DNA of 33,830 nucleotides from a virus (lineage: Duplodnaviria; Heunggongvirae; Uroviricota; Caudoviricetes). Shown here piece after piece: positions 8,505 through 17,579 of this stretch (positions are counted from its first letter, which is position 1; each line of letters starts with the position of its first letter). Both the position numbers and the translations under genes were made by a program. The stretch lies in IMG/VR virus record IMGVR_UViG_2740892219_000011, one strand, 5' to 3'. The notes under the pieces are model-generated. The model saw only the letters and a list, made by a program, of their open reading frames with translations. It did not search any database and was not told where the DNA came from.

Positions 8505-8890
8505 CGGAAGATTTATTTGGTGATTTGCAGGATGACACCATCCTGGCACATCTTGACAATCCCGCAGAGGATACGTCACGCTTTCCGGCACTGCTGGCGG
8601 AGCTGAACGATTTACTACGCGGGGAATTGTCCCGACTGGGTGTTGATCCTGCCCATTCACTGGAGATTGTTGTGGCTATCTGTAAGCATCTGGGCGGCGG
8701 TCAGGTCTACATTCCACGCGGTCAGGTTCTGGACTCGCTGATTCGGGATTTGCGTATCTGGAATGATTTTAACGGTCGCAACGTCAGCGAACTGACCACC
8801 CGTTATGGTGTCACTTTCAATACGGTTTACAAGGCCATTCGCCGGATGCGACGGCTGAAATACCGCCAGTACCAGCCCTCACTTCTGTAA
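8501..8890 (+). CDS. mor: Mor middle-operon transcriptional activator, 129 aa
   Basis: Paralogous to the downstream C ORF (LGGGQVYIPRG / FNGRNVSELTTRYG versus LGGRQFYIPCG / FNGRNMEELRRQYR); last gene of the early operon, followed by a terminator. Confidence 0.9.
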   Translation: MTEDLFGDLQDDTILAHLDNPAEDTSRFPALLAELNDLLRGELSRLGVDPAHSLEIVVAICKHLGGGQVYIPRGQVLDSLIRDLRIWNDFNGRNVSELTTRYGVTFNTVYKAIRRMRRLKYRQYQPSLL

Positions 8891-8895
8891 ACAGT

Positions 8896-8920
8896 AAAGC
8901 CGGTTAATCCGGCTTTTTTT
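8896..8920 (+). terminator. Intrinsic terminator ending the early transcript
   Basis: Hairpin AAGCCGG-TTAAT-CCGGCTT followed by a 7-T run, immediately after the mor stop. Confidence 0.8.
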
Positions 8921-8967
8921 ACGTCCTCAATATCCTGTGATGAATAACCGTACCGGGGGAAATCATC

Positions 8968-9186
8968 ATGGGTAAAGGCTGGAATGCATCCTTTCATCTT
9001 GGCAGACGTGAGCGGCTGCGTCAGGAGGTTTTGCACCGTGTCGCCGGTGGGCCACGTCCTGCGCCCCGCGACTATACCGGTCATGATGGCACCCACGGCA
9101 GTTATTACATGAAAGGCTGGCAGTCAGTTGATATGCCGGAAATTCTTCATCATTGCCTGCTTTACAGGGAGAAACATTATGTCTGA
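8968..9186 (+). CDS. Hypothetical protein, 72 aa, first ORF of the presumed middle operon
   Basis: ORF with RBS GGGGGAAA. The Mor-dependent middle promoter is expected in the roughly 50 bp between the terminator and this start; not positioned. Confidence 0.45.
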   Translation: MGKGWNASFHLGRRERLRQEVLHRVAGGPRPAPRDYTGHDGTHGSYYMKGWQSVDMPEILHHCLLYREKHYV

Positions 9187-9541
9187 GCGTTCTGCTCGTC
9201 AGTGGCCTGATTTTTTATCGGTGGTGTTACTGGCGCTGTTATTGTGGATAAGTCTGTTTTGTGGCTGGCGCGCGCTGATGTTTTGCTGTGCCTCGGTTTT
9301 CAGTGTTGCTTTATGTGTTGCCGGTGATTGCCTGGATGCGCTGATAATGAGCTGCCGGGTGCCTGAACATTTTGCCCGGTTCGTCTGGCCTCTGACCTGG
9401 CTGGGGAGTCTGTCCGGGCTGGGATTAGCCGTGATGGCCACGTCTCAACTGAAAACGGGTCCTGAGCATGTCATCTGGGCGCTGGCCGGATTGCTGACGT
9501 TCTGGATCTCCTTTCGTTTTCGCGCTCGTCTGTTCGGGTAA
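9179..9541 (+). CDS. Cys-rich integral membrane protein, 120 aa
   Basis: RBS AGGGAGAAA; several hydrophobic helices (VVLLALLLWISLF, LGLAVMA, ALAGLLTFWI). Confidence 0.6.
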   Translation: MSERSARQWPDFLSVVLLALLLWISLFCGWRALMFCCASVFSVALCVAGDCLDALIMSCRVPEHFARFVWPLTWLGSLSGLGLAVMATSQLKTGPEHVIWALAGLLTFWISFRFRARLFG

Positions 9542-9550
9542 AGGGGCACC

Positions 9551-9670
9551 ATGTACAGAAAATTCAGTGATGAATGTTTCGGGCCGTCCACGCTGATTAG
9601 TGCGATAAAAGTGATTGCCCTTGTGGTTCTGATAACCATCAGTGCCGTGGTGTATCTTTCTGTCTGTTAA
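9551..9670 (+). CDS. Small hydrophobic peptide, 39 aa, single predicted TM helix
   Basis: Hand-translated: MYRKFSDECFGPSTLISAIKVIALVVLITISAVVYLSVC, RBS AAGGGG; below the ORF-track size cut-off. Confidence 0.4.
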   Translation: MYRKFSDECFGPSTLISAIKVIALVVLITISAVVYLSVC

Positions 9671-9682
9671 CCGGGGGAAAAT

Positions 9683-10105
9683 ATGCAGCATGATTTATTT
9701 GAACACGATCCGGCAATTCGCCAGTTAATCGGACATATTGATAACATCCCGGCCCCGGAACTGGAATCACGCTGGCCCCGTTCGGTGGTTGATCTGATTG
9801 ATGTTCTGGAAAACGAACTGAAACGCCAGAACGTCAGCAATCCCCGTGAACTTGCCCGTAAACAGGCCGTTGCCCTGTCATGTTTTCTGGGTGGACGGCA
9901 GTTTTACATCCCCTGCGGCGATACGATCCTGACCGCGTTACGCGACGATTTGCTTTACTGCCAGTTTAATGGTCGTAACATGGAAGAACTGCGTCGCCAG
10001 TACCGCCTGTCCCAGCCGCAGATCTACCAGATTATTGCCCGCCAGAGAAAGCTGCATACACGACGTCATCAGCCTGATCTGTTCTCACCTGAAAGCCCAA
10101 AATAA
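9683..10105 (+). CDS. C: C late-gene transcriptional activator (Mor/C family), 140 aa
   Basis: Paralog of mor (shared C-terminal DNA-binding region); located just upstream of the lysis and late genes. Confidence 0.9.
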   Translation: MQHDLFEHDPAIRQLIGHIDNIPAPELESRWPRSVVDLIDVLENELKRQNVSNPRELARKQAVALSCFLGGRQFYIPCGDTILTALRDDLLYCQFNGRNMEELRRQYRLSQPQIYQIIARQRKLHTRRHQPDLFSPESPK

Positions 10106-10126
10106 CCGGCATCCTGCCGGTTATTT
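10104..10126 (+). terminator. Hairpin, probable terminator of the middle transcript
   Basis: AACCGGCA-TCC-TGCCGGTT stem-loop overlapping the C stop, followed by TTATTT (weak U-tract). Confidence 0.5.
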
Positions 10127-10196
10127 CCTGTCACCATAATCCCGCATCTGCCACCTGATTTTTTAGACTGCCATCAGAGCATTTTTTCAGGGAAGC
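10127..10196 (+). promoter_or_regulatory. Candidate C-dependent late promoter upstream of lys
   Basis: Contains CATAATCCCGC...TTTTTT at 10134-10165, similar to motifs upstream of I and of the tape-measure gene. Confidence 0.5.
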
Positions 10197-10715
10197 ATGA
10201 TGGCGGGGATACCAAAAAAACTGAAAGCCACACTGCTGGCTGTAACGATTGCCGGTGGCGGTGTGGGTGGTTATCAGGAAATGACCCGTCAGTCTCTGAT
10301 CCATCTGGAAAATATCGCTTATATGCCTTACCGCGATATTGCCGGTGTGCTTACGGTCTGTGTGGGACATACCGGGCCGGATATCGAAATGCGCCGTTAC
10401 AGCCATGCGGAGTGTATGGCTCTCCTCGACAGTGATTTAAAACCGGTTTATGCGGCAATCGATCGTCTTGTCAGGGTGCCGCTGACGCCATATCAGAAAA
10501 CGGCGCTGGCAACGTTTATTTTCAACACTGGTGTTACCGCATTCAGTAAATCAACGCTGCTGAAAAAACTCAATGCCGGTGATTACGCCGGAGCGCGTGA
10601 CCAGATGGCCCGCTGGGTGTTTGCCGCAGGCCATAAATGGAAAGGACTGATGAACCGTCGCGAAGTGGAAATGGCAATCTGGAATATCAGGGGGGCGGAT
10701 GACCTTCGCAAGTAA
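10197..10715 (+). CDS. lys: Endolysin, T4-lysozyme-like with N-terminal signal-anchor-release (SAR) domain, 172 aa
   Basis: Catalytic spacing E-8aa-D-5aa-T in ENIAYMPYRDIAGVLT; N-terminal weakly hydrophobic Gly/Ala-rich segment KATLLAVTIAGGGVGG typical of SAR endolysins. Confidence 0.85.
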   Translation: MMAGIPKKLKATLLAVTIAGGGVGGYQEMTRQSLIHLENIAYMPYRDIAGVLTVCVGHTGPDIEMRRYSHAECMALLDSDLKPVYAAIDRLVRVPLTPYQKTALATFIFNTGVTAFSKSTLLKKLNAGDYAGARDQMARWVFAAGHKWKGLMNRREVEMAIWNIRGADDLRK

Positions 10716-11085
10716 AAGTTTACTGCTGGCAGCCGTGTTTGCCGCCGTTCTGTCCGGTGTGTTGTGGCACAGGCTGGGCAGCACCCGCCACGATAACCAG
10801 ACGCTGCGCCGTGAATTACAGACGGAGCAACAGGCCCGCCACACGGCTGAATGGTTGTTACACGGTCAGGAGCAAACGATGCAGGTATTTTCCGCTATCC
10901 GTGCCGCAAATCGTGCCGCGCGGCTGGCAGACGAGACAGAACATCATGATGCAAAACAAAAAATTACAACCGCCATTACCGGTGACAATTGCAGCACTCG
11001 TCCTGTGCCTGCCGGTGCTGCTGACAGGTTGCGGGAACTCGAAAAACGCACCCGTGCCATCGGTGGTGCTCCTGCCCGAAACTGA
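10699..11085 (+). CDS. Rz-like inner-membrane spanin (i-spanin), 128 aa
   Basis: N-terminal TM helix (LLLAAVFAAVLSGVLW) followed by a charged, Gln/Arg-rich helical periplasmic domain; directly downstream of the endolysin. Confidence 0.7.
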   Translation: MTFASKSLLLAAVFAAVLSGVLWHRLGSTRHDNQTLRRELQTEQQARHTAEWLLHGQEQTMQVFSAIRAANRAARLADETEHHDAKQKITTAITGDNCSTRPVPAGAADRLRELEKRTRAIGGAPARN

Positions 11086-11287
11086 TGCAGAACTGACGGA
11101 AGCAACACCCGTTCCGCCCATGCCACAGCCCCTGACGTGGGGAGCATCCCTTCTCTGGAATGCTGACCTGTTGATGGCGCTCGGGCAGTGCAACCGCGAC
11201 AAGGCATCAGTCCGGGAACAGGAGACCCGGAGGAAAGAAATTTATGAACGAAGACCAGAACCGGGCGGTGGTGCTGCTGCTCGCTGA
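10946..11287 (+). CDS. Candidate outer-membrane lipoprotein spanin (o-spanin), overlapping the i-spanin in another frame
   Basis: Internal start MMQNKKLQPPLPVTIAALVLCLPVLLTGC with lipobox LTGC and a Pro-rich mature region; start and true end uncertain. Confidence 0.5.
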   Translation: MMQNKKLQPPLPVTIAALVLCLPVLLTGCGNSKNAPVPSVVLLPETDAELTEATPVPPMPQPLTWGASLLWNADLLMALGQCNRDKASVREQETRRKEIYERRPEPGGGAAAR

Positions 11288-11438
11288 ACTCTGGCAGGGG
11301 GATACCCGTGATATTCCCCGCCCGGCGGCGTATGACCCGCCTGTATTGTGTGCCGGTTGCGGTCGTGAGCTGCGGCCTGATGTGCTGAGACAGCAGCCGA
11401 TGGCGAACTACTGCCACTGGTGCCGTGGAGCAGAATAA
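11244..11438 (+). CDS. Small zinc-finger protein, 64 aa
   Basis: RBS GGAGGAAAG; CAGCG...CHWC motifs. Confidence 0.6.
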   Translation: MNEDQNRAVVLLLAELWQGDTRDIPRPAAYDPPVLCAGCGRELRPDVLRQQPMANYCHWCRGAE

Positions 11439-11737
11439 TGGATTTGATTTCAGTTTTAGCGTTATGGCCTTACCTGTTGCCTGTTGTGGCCGGTGGGGCC
11501 GTCTGGGCGATGCGTCGTAGTTTTGCCAGCACCGAGCGTGTGGAGCGTCTTGAAAACCGGATGACCGAAATGGAAACCCGCTACGCCAGCATCCCAGGCA
11601 CAGAAGATGTACACGAAATGCGCCTGCGTATTGCAGAGCTGTCCGGCGATATCCGGGTGCTGTCCCAGCGGGTGCAGTCATTTTCCCATCAACTGGAGCT
11701 GCTGCTTGAAAACGCAGTAAACCGGAGTAATTCATGA
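11438..11737 (+). CDS. Membrane-anchored coiled-coil protein, 99 aa; possible lysis accessory (releasin-like)
   Basis: ATG overlaps the upstream stop (TAATG); N-terminal TM helix LISVLALWPYLLPVVAGGAVWA followed by a helical charged domain. Functional assignment is by position only. Confidence 0.55.
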   Translation: MDLISVLALWPYLLPVVAGGAVWAMRRSFASTERVERLENRMTEMETRYASIPGTEDVHEMRLRIAELSGDIRVLSQRVQSFSHQLELLLENAVNRSNS

Positions 11738-12024
11738 TTAACGATATTCTGACTGAAGACCGTCGTCTGGTCATCCTGCGTTCCCTGATGGACTGCAATA
11801 ACGAAGCCAACGAATCCATCCTTCAGGACTGTCTGGATGCATACGGACACAACGTTTCCCGCGATGTGGTTCGCGGCCAGATTGACTGGCTGGCAGAGCA
11901 GCAACTGGTCACCGTGGAAAACCTGCGCGGCTTTTATGTCGTAACGCTGACCTCCCGAGGTCAGGATGTGGCGGAAGGCCGCGCCCGCGTTGCCGGTGTC
12001 AAGCGTCCGCGTCCCCGTGCATGA
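11734..12024 (+). CDS. Hypothetical protein, 96 aa
   Basis: ORF translationally coupled (ATGA overlap) to the previous gene; immediately upstream of the terminase small subunit. Confidence 0.6.
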   Translation: MINDILTEDRRLVILRSLMDCNNEANESILQDCLDAYGHNVSRDVVRGQIDWLAEQQLVTVENLRGFYVVTLTSRGQDVAEGRARVAGVKRPRPRA

Positions 12025-12035
12025 CAGGAGGCGTG

Positions 12036-12611
12036 ATGGACAGGAAAACACGGGGCCGGGCTTCAAAAGTGGATTTACTGCCGGAAAACGTACGTAAAAC
12101 GCTGCATGAAATGCTGCGTGATAAGGCGATCCCACAGGCCCGCATTCTGGAAGAAATTAACGCACTGATTGAAGACGCTGGCCTGCCGGATGAGATGAAA
12201 CTCTCCCGTTCCGGTCTGAACCGTTACGCGACGAACGTCGAGCAAGTAGGCCATAACCTGCGACAGATGCGTGAAATGACGTCAGCACTGACCGCAGAAC
12301 TTGGCGACAAGCCAATGGGAGAAACCACAAAGCTGATTCTGGAAATGGCCCGCAGCCAGCTTTTTAAGGCCATGATGCGGCAAATCGAAAACCCGGAATC
12401 TGACGTGGATATTGACCTGCTGAAAAATGCCATGCTGGCGGCACAGCGTCTGGAATCCACGGCAATGTCCAGCCACCGGCGCGAGAAAGAAATCCGCCAG
12501 GCATTCGCAGAAGAAGCGGCAAACGCCGTCAGTGAAGAACTGCGCGGGCAGGATGGCATCAGCGAAGAGCTGGAGCAGCGTATCCGTGATGTGCTGCTGG
12601 GTAAGGCATGA
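12036..12611 (+). CDS. D: Terminase small subunit (DNA-recognition), about 191 aa
   Basis: AGGAGG upstream of ATG 12036 (ATG 12021 also possible); position directly upstream of the large terminase. Confidence 0.7.
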   Translation: MDRKTRGRASKVDLLPENVRKTLHEMLRDKAIPQARILEEINALIEDAGLPDEMKLSRSGLNRYATNVEQVGHNLRQMREMTSALTAELGDKPMGETTKLILEMARSQLFKAMMRQIENPESDVDIDLLKNAMLAAQRLESTAMSSHRREKEIRQAFAEEAANAVSEELRGQDGISEELEQRIRDVLLGKA

Positions 12612-12618
12612 GAGGGTT

Positions 12619-14274
12619 ATGAACACCAGAGAAAACAACCTTAAAGCCCTTCATGCCCCCCGAAAAATCAACCTGCGTGAGGAAGCCGAACTGCTCGGCG
12701 TGCATATCGTGACCGATATCGGGGAAGCACAGCCCCGCAATGAACCGGTTTTTCTGGGCTATCAGCGCCGCTGGTTTGAGGATGAAAGCCAGATTTGCAT
12801 CGCTGAAAAATCCCGTCGTACCGGTCTGACATGGGCCGAAGCGGGCCGCAATGTCATGACGGCAGCAAAGCCGCGCCGCCGTGGCGGTCGCAACGTCTTT
12901 TATGTGGGTTCCCGTCAGGAAATGGCGCTGGAATATATCGCCGCCTGTGCCCTGTTTGCCCGCGCCTTTAACCAGCTGGCAAAGGCTGATGTCTGGGAGC
13001 AGACCTTCTGGGACAGCGACAAAAAAGAAGAAATCCTCACTTATATGATCCGTTTCCCTAACAGCGGATTTAAGGTGCAGGCGCTGTCAAGCCGTCCGTC
13101 TAACCTGCGTGGTTTGCAGGGGGACGTGGTGATTGATGAGGCGGCATTTCATGAAGCCCTGGACGAACTCCTGAAAGCGGCCTTTGCTCTCACCATGTGG
13201 GGTGCCCGCGTGCGGATCATATCGACACATAACGGCGTCGATAACCTGTTTAACCAGTACATTCAGGATGCGCGCGAGGGGCGCAAGGATTACAGCGTTC
13301 ACCGCATCACGCTGGATGATGCCATCGCTGACGGGTTGTACCGACGTATCTGTTACGTCACGAATCAGCCGTGGTCGCCGGAAGCGGAAAAAGCCTGGCG
13401 TGATGGCCTGTACCGGAATGCGCCGAATAAAGAGAGTGCCGACGAGGAATACGGCTGCATTCCTAAAAAATCCGGGGGCGCTTATCTGTCACGCGTGCTG
13501 ATTGAAGCCGCCATGACGCCAGCGCGGGATATCCCGATTCTGCGTTTTGAAGCCCCGGACGATTTTGAATCGCTGACACCACAAATGCGCCACGGCATCG
13601 TTCAGGACTGGTGTGAACAGGAGCTGCTCCCGTTGCTCGATGCGCTGTCGCCGCTCAATAAACACGTACTGGGCGAAGACTTTGCACGCCGTGGCGACCT
13701 GACGGTGTTTGTTCCGCTTGCCATCACTCCTGACTTACGCAAACGCGAATGTTTCCGCGTGGAGCTGCGTAATGTGACCTATGACCAGCAGCGACAAATC
13801 CTTTTATTCATTCTGTCCCGTTTGCCCCGTTTTACCGGCGCTGCATTTGATGCCACCGGTAACGGCGGTTATCTGGCAGAAGCCGCCCGTCTGATTTATG
13901 GCCCGGAGATGATCGACTGCATCAGTCTGACCGCCGCCTGGTATCAGGAGTGGATGCCGAAACTGAAAGGCGAGTTTGAAGCGCAGAACATCACGATTGC
14001 CCGGCATCAGACCACACTCGATGACCTGCTTCATATCAAGGTGGACAAAGGTATTCCGCAGATTGATAAGGGGCGCACAAAAGATGAAAGCGGTAAAGGC
14101 CGACGACATGGTGACTTTGCCGTGGCGCTCTGTATGGCTGTCAGGGCGTCTTATATGAATGGTTTTGTTATCGACGAGGACAGCATACAGGCGCTGCCAC
14201 CACGCCACCGTGGTGATGATGTTGATAACGATGATTTTGATGATTATCACCAGTTTGAACGAGGGGGCTGGTAA
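12619..14274 (+). CDS. E: Terminase large subunit, 551 aa
   Basis: In-frame ATG at 12619 after the D stop; size and position upstream of portal. The longer ORF from 12427 overlaps D and lacks an RBS. Confidence 0.8.
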   Translation: MNTRENNLKALHAPRKINLREEAELLGVHIVTDIGEAQPRNEPVFLGYQRRWFEDESQICIAEKSRRTGLTWAEAGRNVMTAAKPRRRGGRNVFYVGSRQEMALEYIAACALFARAFNQLAKADVWEQTFWDSDKKEEILTYMIRFPNSGFKVQALSSRPSNLRGLQGDVVIDEAAFHEALDELLKAAFALTMWGARVRIISTHNGVDNLFNQYIQDAREGRKDYSVHRITLDDAIADGLYRRICYVTNQPWSPEAEKAWRDGLYRNAPNKESADEEYGCIPKKSGGAYLSRVLIEAAMTPARDIPILRFEAPDDFESLTPQMRHGIVQDWCEQELLPLLDALSPLNKHVLGEDFARRGDLTVFVPLAITPDLRKRECFRVELRNVTYDQQRQILLFILSRLPRFTGAAFDATGNGGYLAEAARLIYGPEMIDCISLTAAWYQEWMPKLKGEFEAQNITIARHQTTLDDLLHIKVDKGIPQIDKGRTKDESGKGRRHGDFAVALCMAVRASYMNGFVIDEDSIQALPPRHRGDDVDNDDFDDYHQFERGGW

Positions 14275-15812
14275 TGGGCCGTATTCTGGATATTTCCGGG
14301 CAGCCGTTTGATTTTGACGATGAAATGCAGACCCGCAGCGATGAGCTGGCAATGGTCATGAAGCGCACGCAGGAGCATCCTTCCAGTGGTGTGACGCCGA
14401 ACCGGGCCGCGCAGATGCTGCGTGATGCCGAACGCGGTGATCTGACAGCACAGGCTGACCTGGCCTTTGATATGGAAGAAAAGGACACCCACCTTTTTTC
14501 CGAACTGAGCAAGCGCCGCCTTGCCATTCAGGCGCTGGAATGGCGCATCGCTCCGGCACGTGATGCCAGCGCACAGGAGAAAAAAGACGCCGACATGCTG
14601 AATGAATATCTGCATGATGCGGCGTGGTTTGAAGATGCCCTGTTTGATGCCGGTGATGCCATTCTCAAGGGTTATTCCATGCAGGAGATTGAATGGGGCT
14701 GGCTGGGCAAAATGCGCGTGCCGGTGGCGCTGCATCATCGCGATCCGGCGCTGTTCTGCGCGAACCCCGATAATCTGAACGAATTACGTCTGCGTGATAC
14801 GTCTTATCACGGGCTGGAGCTGCAACCGTTCGGCTGGTTTATGCACCGGGCCAAATCCCGCACCGGGTATGTCGGCACCAATGGCCTTGTGCGCACGCTT
14901 ATCTGGCCTTTTATTTTTAAAAACTATTCCGTGCGTGATTTTGCAGAGTTTCTGGAAATTTACGGACTCCCCATGCGCGTCGGTAAATATCCGACCGGCT
15001 CCACGAACCGCGAGAAAGCCACGCTGATGCAGGCCGTGATGGATATCGGGCGACGTGCCGGTGGCATTATTCCGATGGGGATGACGCTGGATTTTCAGAG
15101 CGCCGCAGATGGTCAGTCAGACCCCTTTATGGCGATGATTGGCTGGGCAGAAAAAGCGATTTCAAAAGCCATTCTGGGCGGCACCCTGACCACAGAGGCT
15201 GGCGATAAAGGTGCACGGTCGCTGGGTGAAGTGCATGATGAGGTTCGCCGGGAAATCCGTAACGCGGATGTGGGCCAGCTTGCCCGCAGTATTAACCGTG
15301 ACCTGATTTATCCCCTGCTGGCACTGAACAGTGACAGCACCATTGATATTAACCGCCTGCCGGGCATTGTATTTGATACCAGTGAAGCGGGTGATATTAC
15401 GGCACTGTCTGACGCCATTCCGAAACTGGCGGCGGGAATGCGTATTCCGGTCTCATGGATACAGGAAAAACTCCATATTCCACAGCCGGTCGGTGATGAA
15501 GCCGTGTTTACTGCTCAACCGGTCGTCATGGATAACGGTCCGCAGAAAGAGGCCGCATTATCCGCTGAAGATATCCCGCAGGAGGATGATATCGACCGGA
15601 TGGGCGTCTCACCGGAAGACTGGCAGCGTTCGGTTGATCCCCTGCTGAAACCAGTCATTCTTTCTGTGCTGAAAGATGGCCCGGAAGCCGCCATGAACAA
15701 AGCCGCTTCATTATATCCGCAGATGGATGATGCAGAACTTATCGACATGCTGACCCGTGCCATTTTTGTTGCCGATATATGGGGGCGTCTGGATGCCGCA
15801 GCAGACCATTGA
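14274..15812 (+). CDS. H: Portal protein, 512 aa
   Basis: Size and order (terminase-portal-F); overlaps the terminase stop. Confidence 0.85.
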   Translation: MGRILDISGQPFDFDDEMQTRSDELAMVMKRTQEHPSSGVTPNRAAQMLRDAERGDLTAQADLAFDMEEKDTHLFSELSKRRLAIQALEWRIAPARDASAQEKKDADMLNEYLHDAAWFEDALFDAGDAILKGYSMQEIEWGWLGKMRVPVALHHRDPALFCANPDNLNELRLRDTSYHGLELQPFGWFMHRAKSRTGYVGTNGLVRTLIWPFIFKNYSVRDFAEFLEIYGLPMRVGKYPTGSTNREKATLMQAVMDIGRRAGGIIPMGMTLDFQSAADGQSDPFMAMIGWAEKAISKAILGGTLTTEAGDKGARSLGEVHDEVRREIRNADVGQLARSINRDLIYPLLALNSDSTIDINRLPGIVFDTSEAGDITALSDAIPKLAAGMRIPVSWIQEKLHIPQPVGDEAVFTAQPVVMDNGPQKEAALSAEDIPQEDDIDRMGVSPEDWQRSVDPLLKPVILSVLKDGPEAAMNKAASLYPQMDDAELIDMLTRAIFVADIWGRLDAAADH

Positions 15813-17112
15813 TCTGGCGTATGCCGCACGCCTCCCGCCAAAGGAGGCTGTCGCGTATTTCCGCGCCAAAGGTTACAACATCACCTGGAACTGGTACGAA
15901 CAACTGGCAGACGCGCACGCCTGCGCCTTTACCGTTGCCAAAGCCACCCGGATGGATGTACTGACCACAATCCGTGAGGAAGTGGAGCGGGCTGTCAGTG
16001 AAGGCATCACCCGTGAGGAATTTACCCGCACACTTGCCCCCCGGCTGCAAAAACTCGGATGGTGGGGAAAACAAATCATCGTGGATGCAGACGGAAACGC
16101 AAAGGTAATCGAGCTGGGCAGTCCGCGTCGTCTGGCAACCATTTATAACGTCAATACCCGTACGGCGTATGGGGCAGGACGTTATGCGCAGATGATGAAT
16201 ACCGCCGATTTGTACCCGTACTGGCAGTACGTTGCCGTTATGGATGGCAGAACACGCCCGGAACATGCGCGGCTGCACAATATGGTTTTCCGGTATGACG
16301 ACATTTTCTGGCAGACGCATTACCCGCCCAATGGCTGGAACTGCCGCTGTCGCGTCCGGGCGCTGTCTGCGGCCCGCATGAAAGAACTGGGGCTACAGGT
16401 CAGTTATGGTACGTCATTCATGAATACCCGCGAAGTGGATGCCGGTACGGATGAAAGCACCGGAGAGATTTTCCGCACATCGTCAACCACGTTTGACAAC
16501 GGTCGGGTAAAAATGACGCCAGATGTGGGCTGGTCATATAACCCCGGTTCGGCGGCATTTGGTACGGATCAGGCACTGATTCGAAAACTGGTGGAAGTTC
16601 GTGACGCGCAGCTGCGTGAGCAGGTTGTTCAGACGCTGAATAACAGCCGGGAGCGTCAGCTTGCTTTTTCCCTCTGGTTTAAACGTCTGGCGAAATCACG
16701 CCGGGCCGGACATGAGGTCCGTACGCTGGGTTTTATGACGGGATCCGTGGCGGAGGCCGTATATCAGCGCACCGGGAATATGCCAGCCCGTCTGCTTGTG
16801 ATGAACGGGAAAAGTCTGGCGACCACTGCTGATGCCGCCCTGAAACCGGAGGATTTACAGCGTCTGCCGTCGCTGATGGCAAAACCACAGGCGGTATTGT
16901 GGGACAGGGAGAACCACCAGTTGCTGTATGTTGTGGCAACCCGCGACGGCACTGCAAAAGTTGTGGTCAGAACATCGCAGGCTGTCAGCAAACAGAATGA
17001 CCGGGCGGATGTGCTGGTCAGTATCAGCCGCGTATCTGCACAGTCGCTTGAAGCCGCGATTGCTGACGGGATGATTGACATACTGGAGGGGCATGTGGAG
17101 GTGAATAAGTGA
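15793..17112 (+). CDS. F: Mu F-like head morphogenesis / minor capsid protein, about 439 aa
   Basis: Follows portal; first ATG at 15793 (the track ORF begins at GTG 15757). Confidence 0.8.
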   Translation: MPQQTIDLAYAARLPPKEAVAYFRAKGYNITWNWYEQLADAHACAFTVAKATRMDVLTTIREEVERAVSEGITREEFTRTLAPRLQKLGWWGKQIIVDADGNAKVIELGSPRRLATIYNVNTRTAYGAGRYAQMMNTADLYPYWQYVAVMDGRTRPEHARLHNMVFRYDDIFWQTHYPPNGWNCRCRVRALSAARMKELGLQVSYGTSFMNTREVDAGTDESTGEIFRTSSTTFDNGRVKMTPDVGWSYNPGSAAFGTDQALIRKLVEVRDAQLREQVVQTLNNSRERQLAFSLWFKRLAKSRRAGHEVRTLGFMTGSVAEAVYQRTGNMPARLLVMNGKSLATTADAALKPEDLQRLPSLMAKPQAVLWDRENHQLLYVVATRDGTAKVVVRTSQAVSKQNDRADVLVSISRVSAQSLEAAIADGMIDILEGHVEVNK

Positions 17113-17579
17113 GTCTTGATATGAACGTTGCCGTGGATGTGCGACGTATTCAGCTTGCACTGGATGAACTGGGAACCGTTACACGTGACCGCGCCATTCC
17201 CCGTGTGATGGCTGCGGCGCTGCTGTCATCCACGGAACAGGCATTTGAACGGCAGGCAGACCCGGATACAGGGAAAGGCTGGGAAGCGTGGAGCGATTCG
17301 TGGCAGGCATGGCGTCAGGATCATGGTTTTGTTCCGGGCAGTATCCTTACCCTGCATGGCGATCTGGCACGCAGCATTACCACCGATTATGGACAGGATT
17401 ATGCCCTTATTGGTTCGCCAAAAATTTATGCTGCCATTCATCAGTGGGGCGGTACACCCGATATGGCACCCCGCCCGGCAGGCGTTCCTGCGCGTCCTTA
17501 TATGGGGCTGGATAAGACCGGGGAACAGGAAATTTTTGATGCCATCAGAAAACGCGTCAGCGCCGCTCTGAGGCAATAA
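17109..17579 (+). CDS. G: Virion morphogenesis protein G, 156 aa
   Basis: Size and position between F and the protease gene; ATGA start overlap. Confidence 0.8.
   Translation: MSLDMNVAVDVRRIQLALDELGTVTRDRAIPRVMAAALLSSTEQAFERQADPDTGKGWEAWSDSWQAWRQDHGFVPGSILTLHGDLARSITTDYGQDYALIGSPKIYAAIHQWGGTPDMAPRPAGVPARPYMGLDKTGEQEIFDAIRKRVSAALRQ

Noticed and set aside
8827-9096. 89-aa minus-strand ORF overlapping the mor 3' end and terminator
   Set aside because: Antisense to mor and spans an intrinsic terminator; no RBS.
10944-11819. 291-aa minus-strand ORF across the lysis/spanin region
   Set aside because: Antisense to several co-oriented, RBS-supported genes; Arg/Ser/Ala-rich artefact-like composition.
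12427-12618. N-terminal 64-codon extension of the large terminase ORF
   Set aside because: Would overlap the small terminase gene extensively; an in-frame ATG at 12619 sits just after the D stop.
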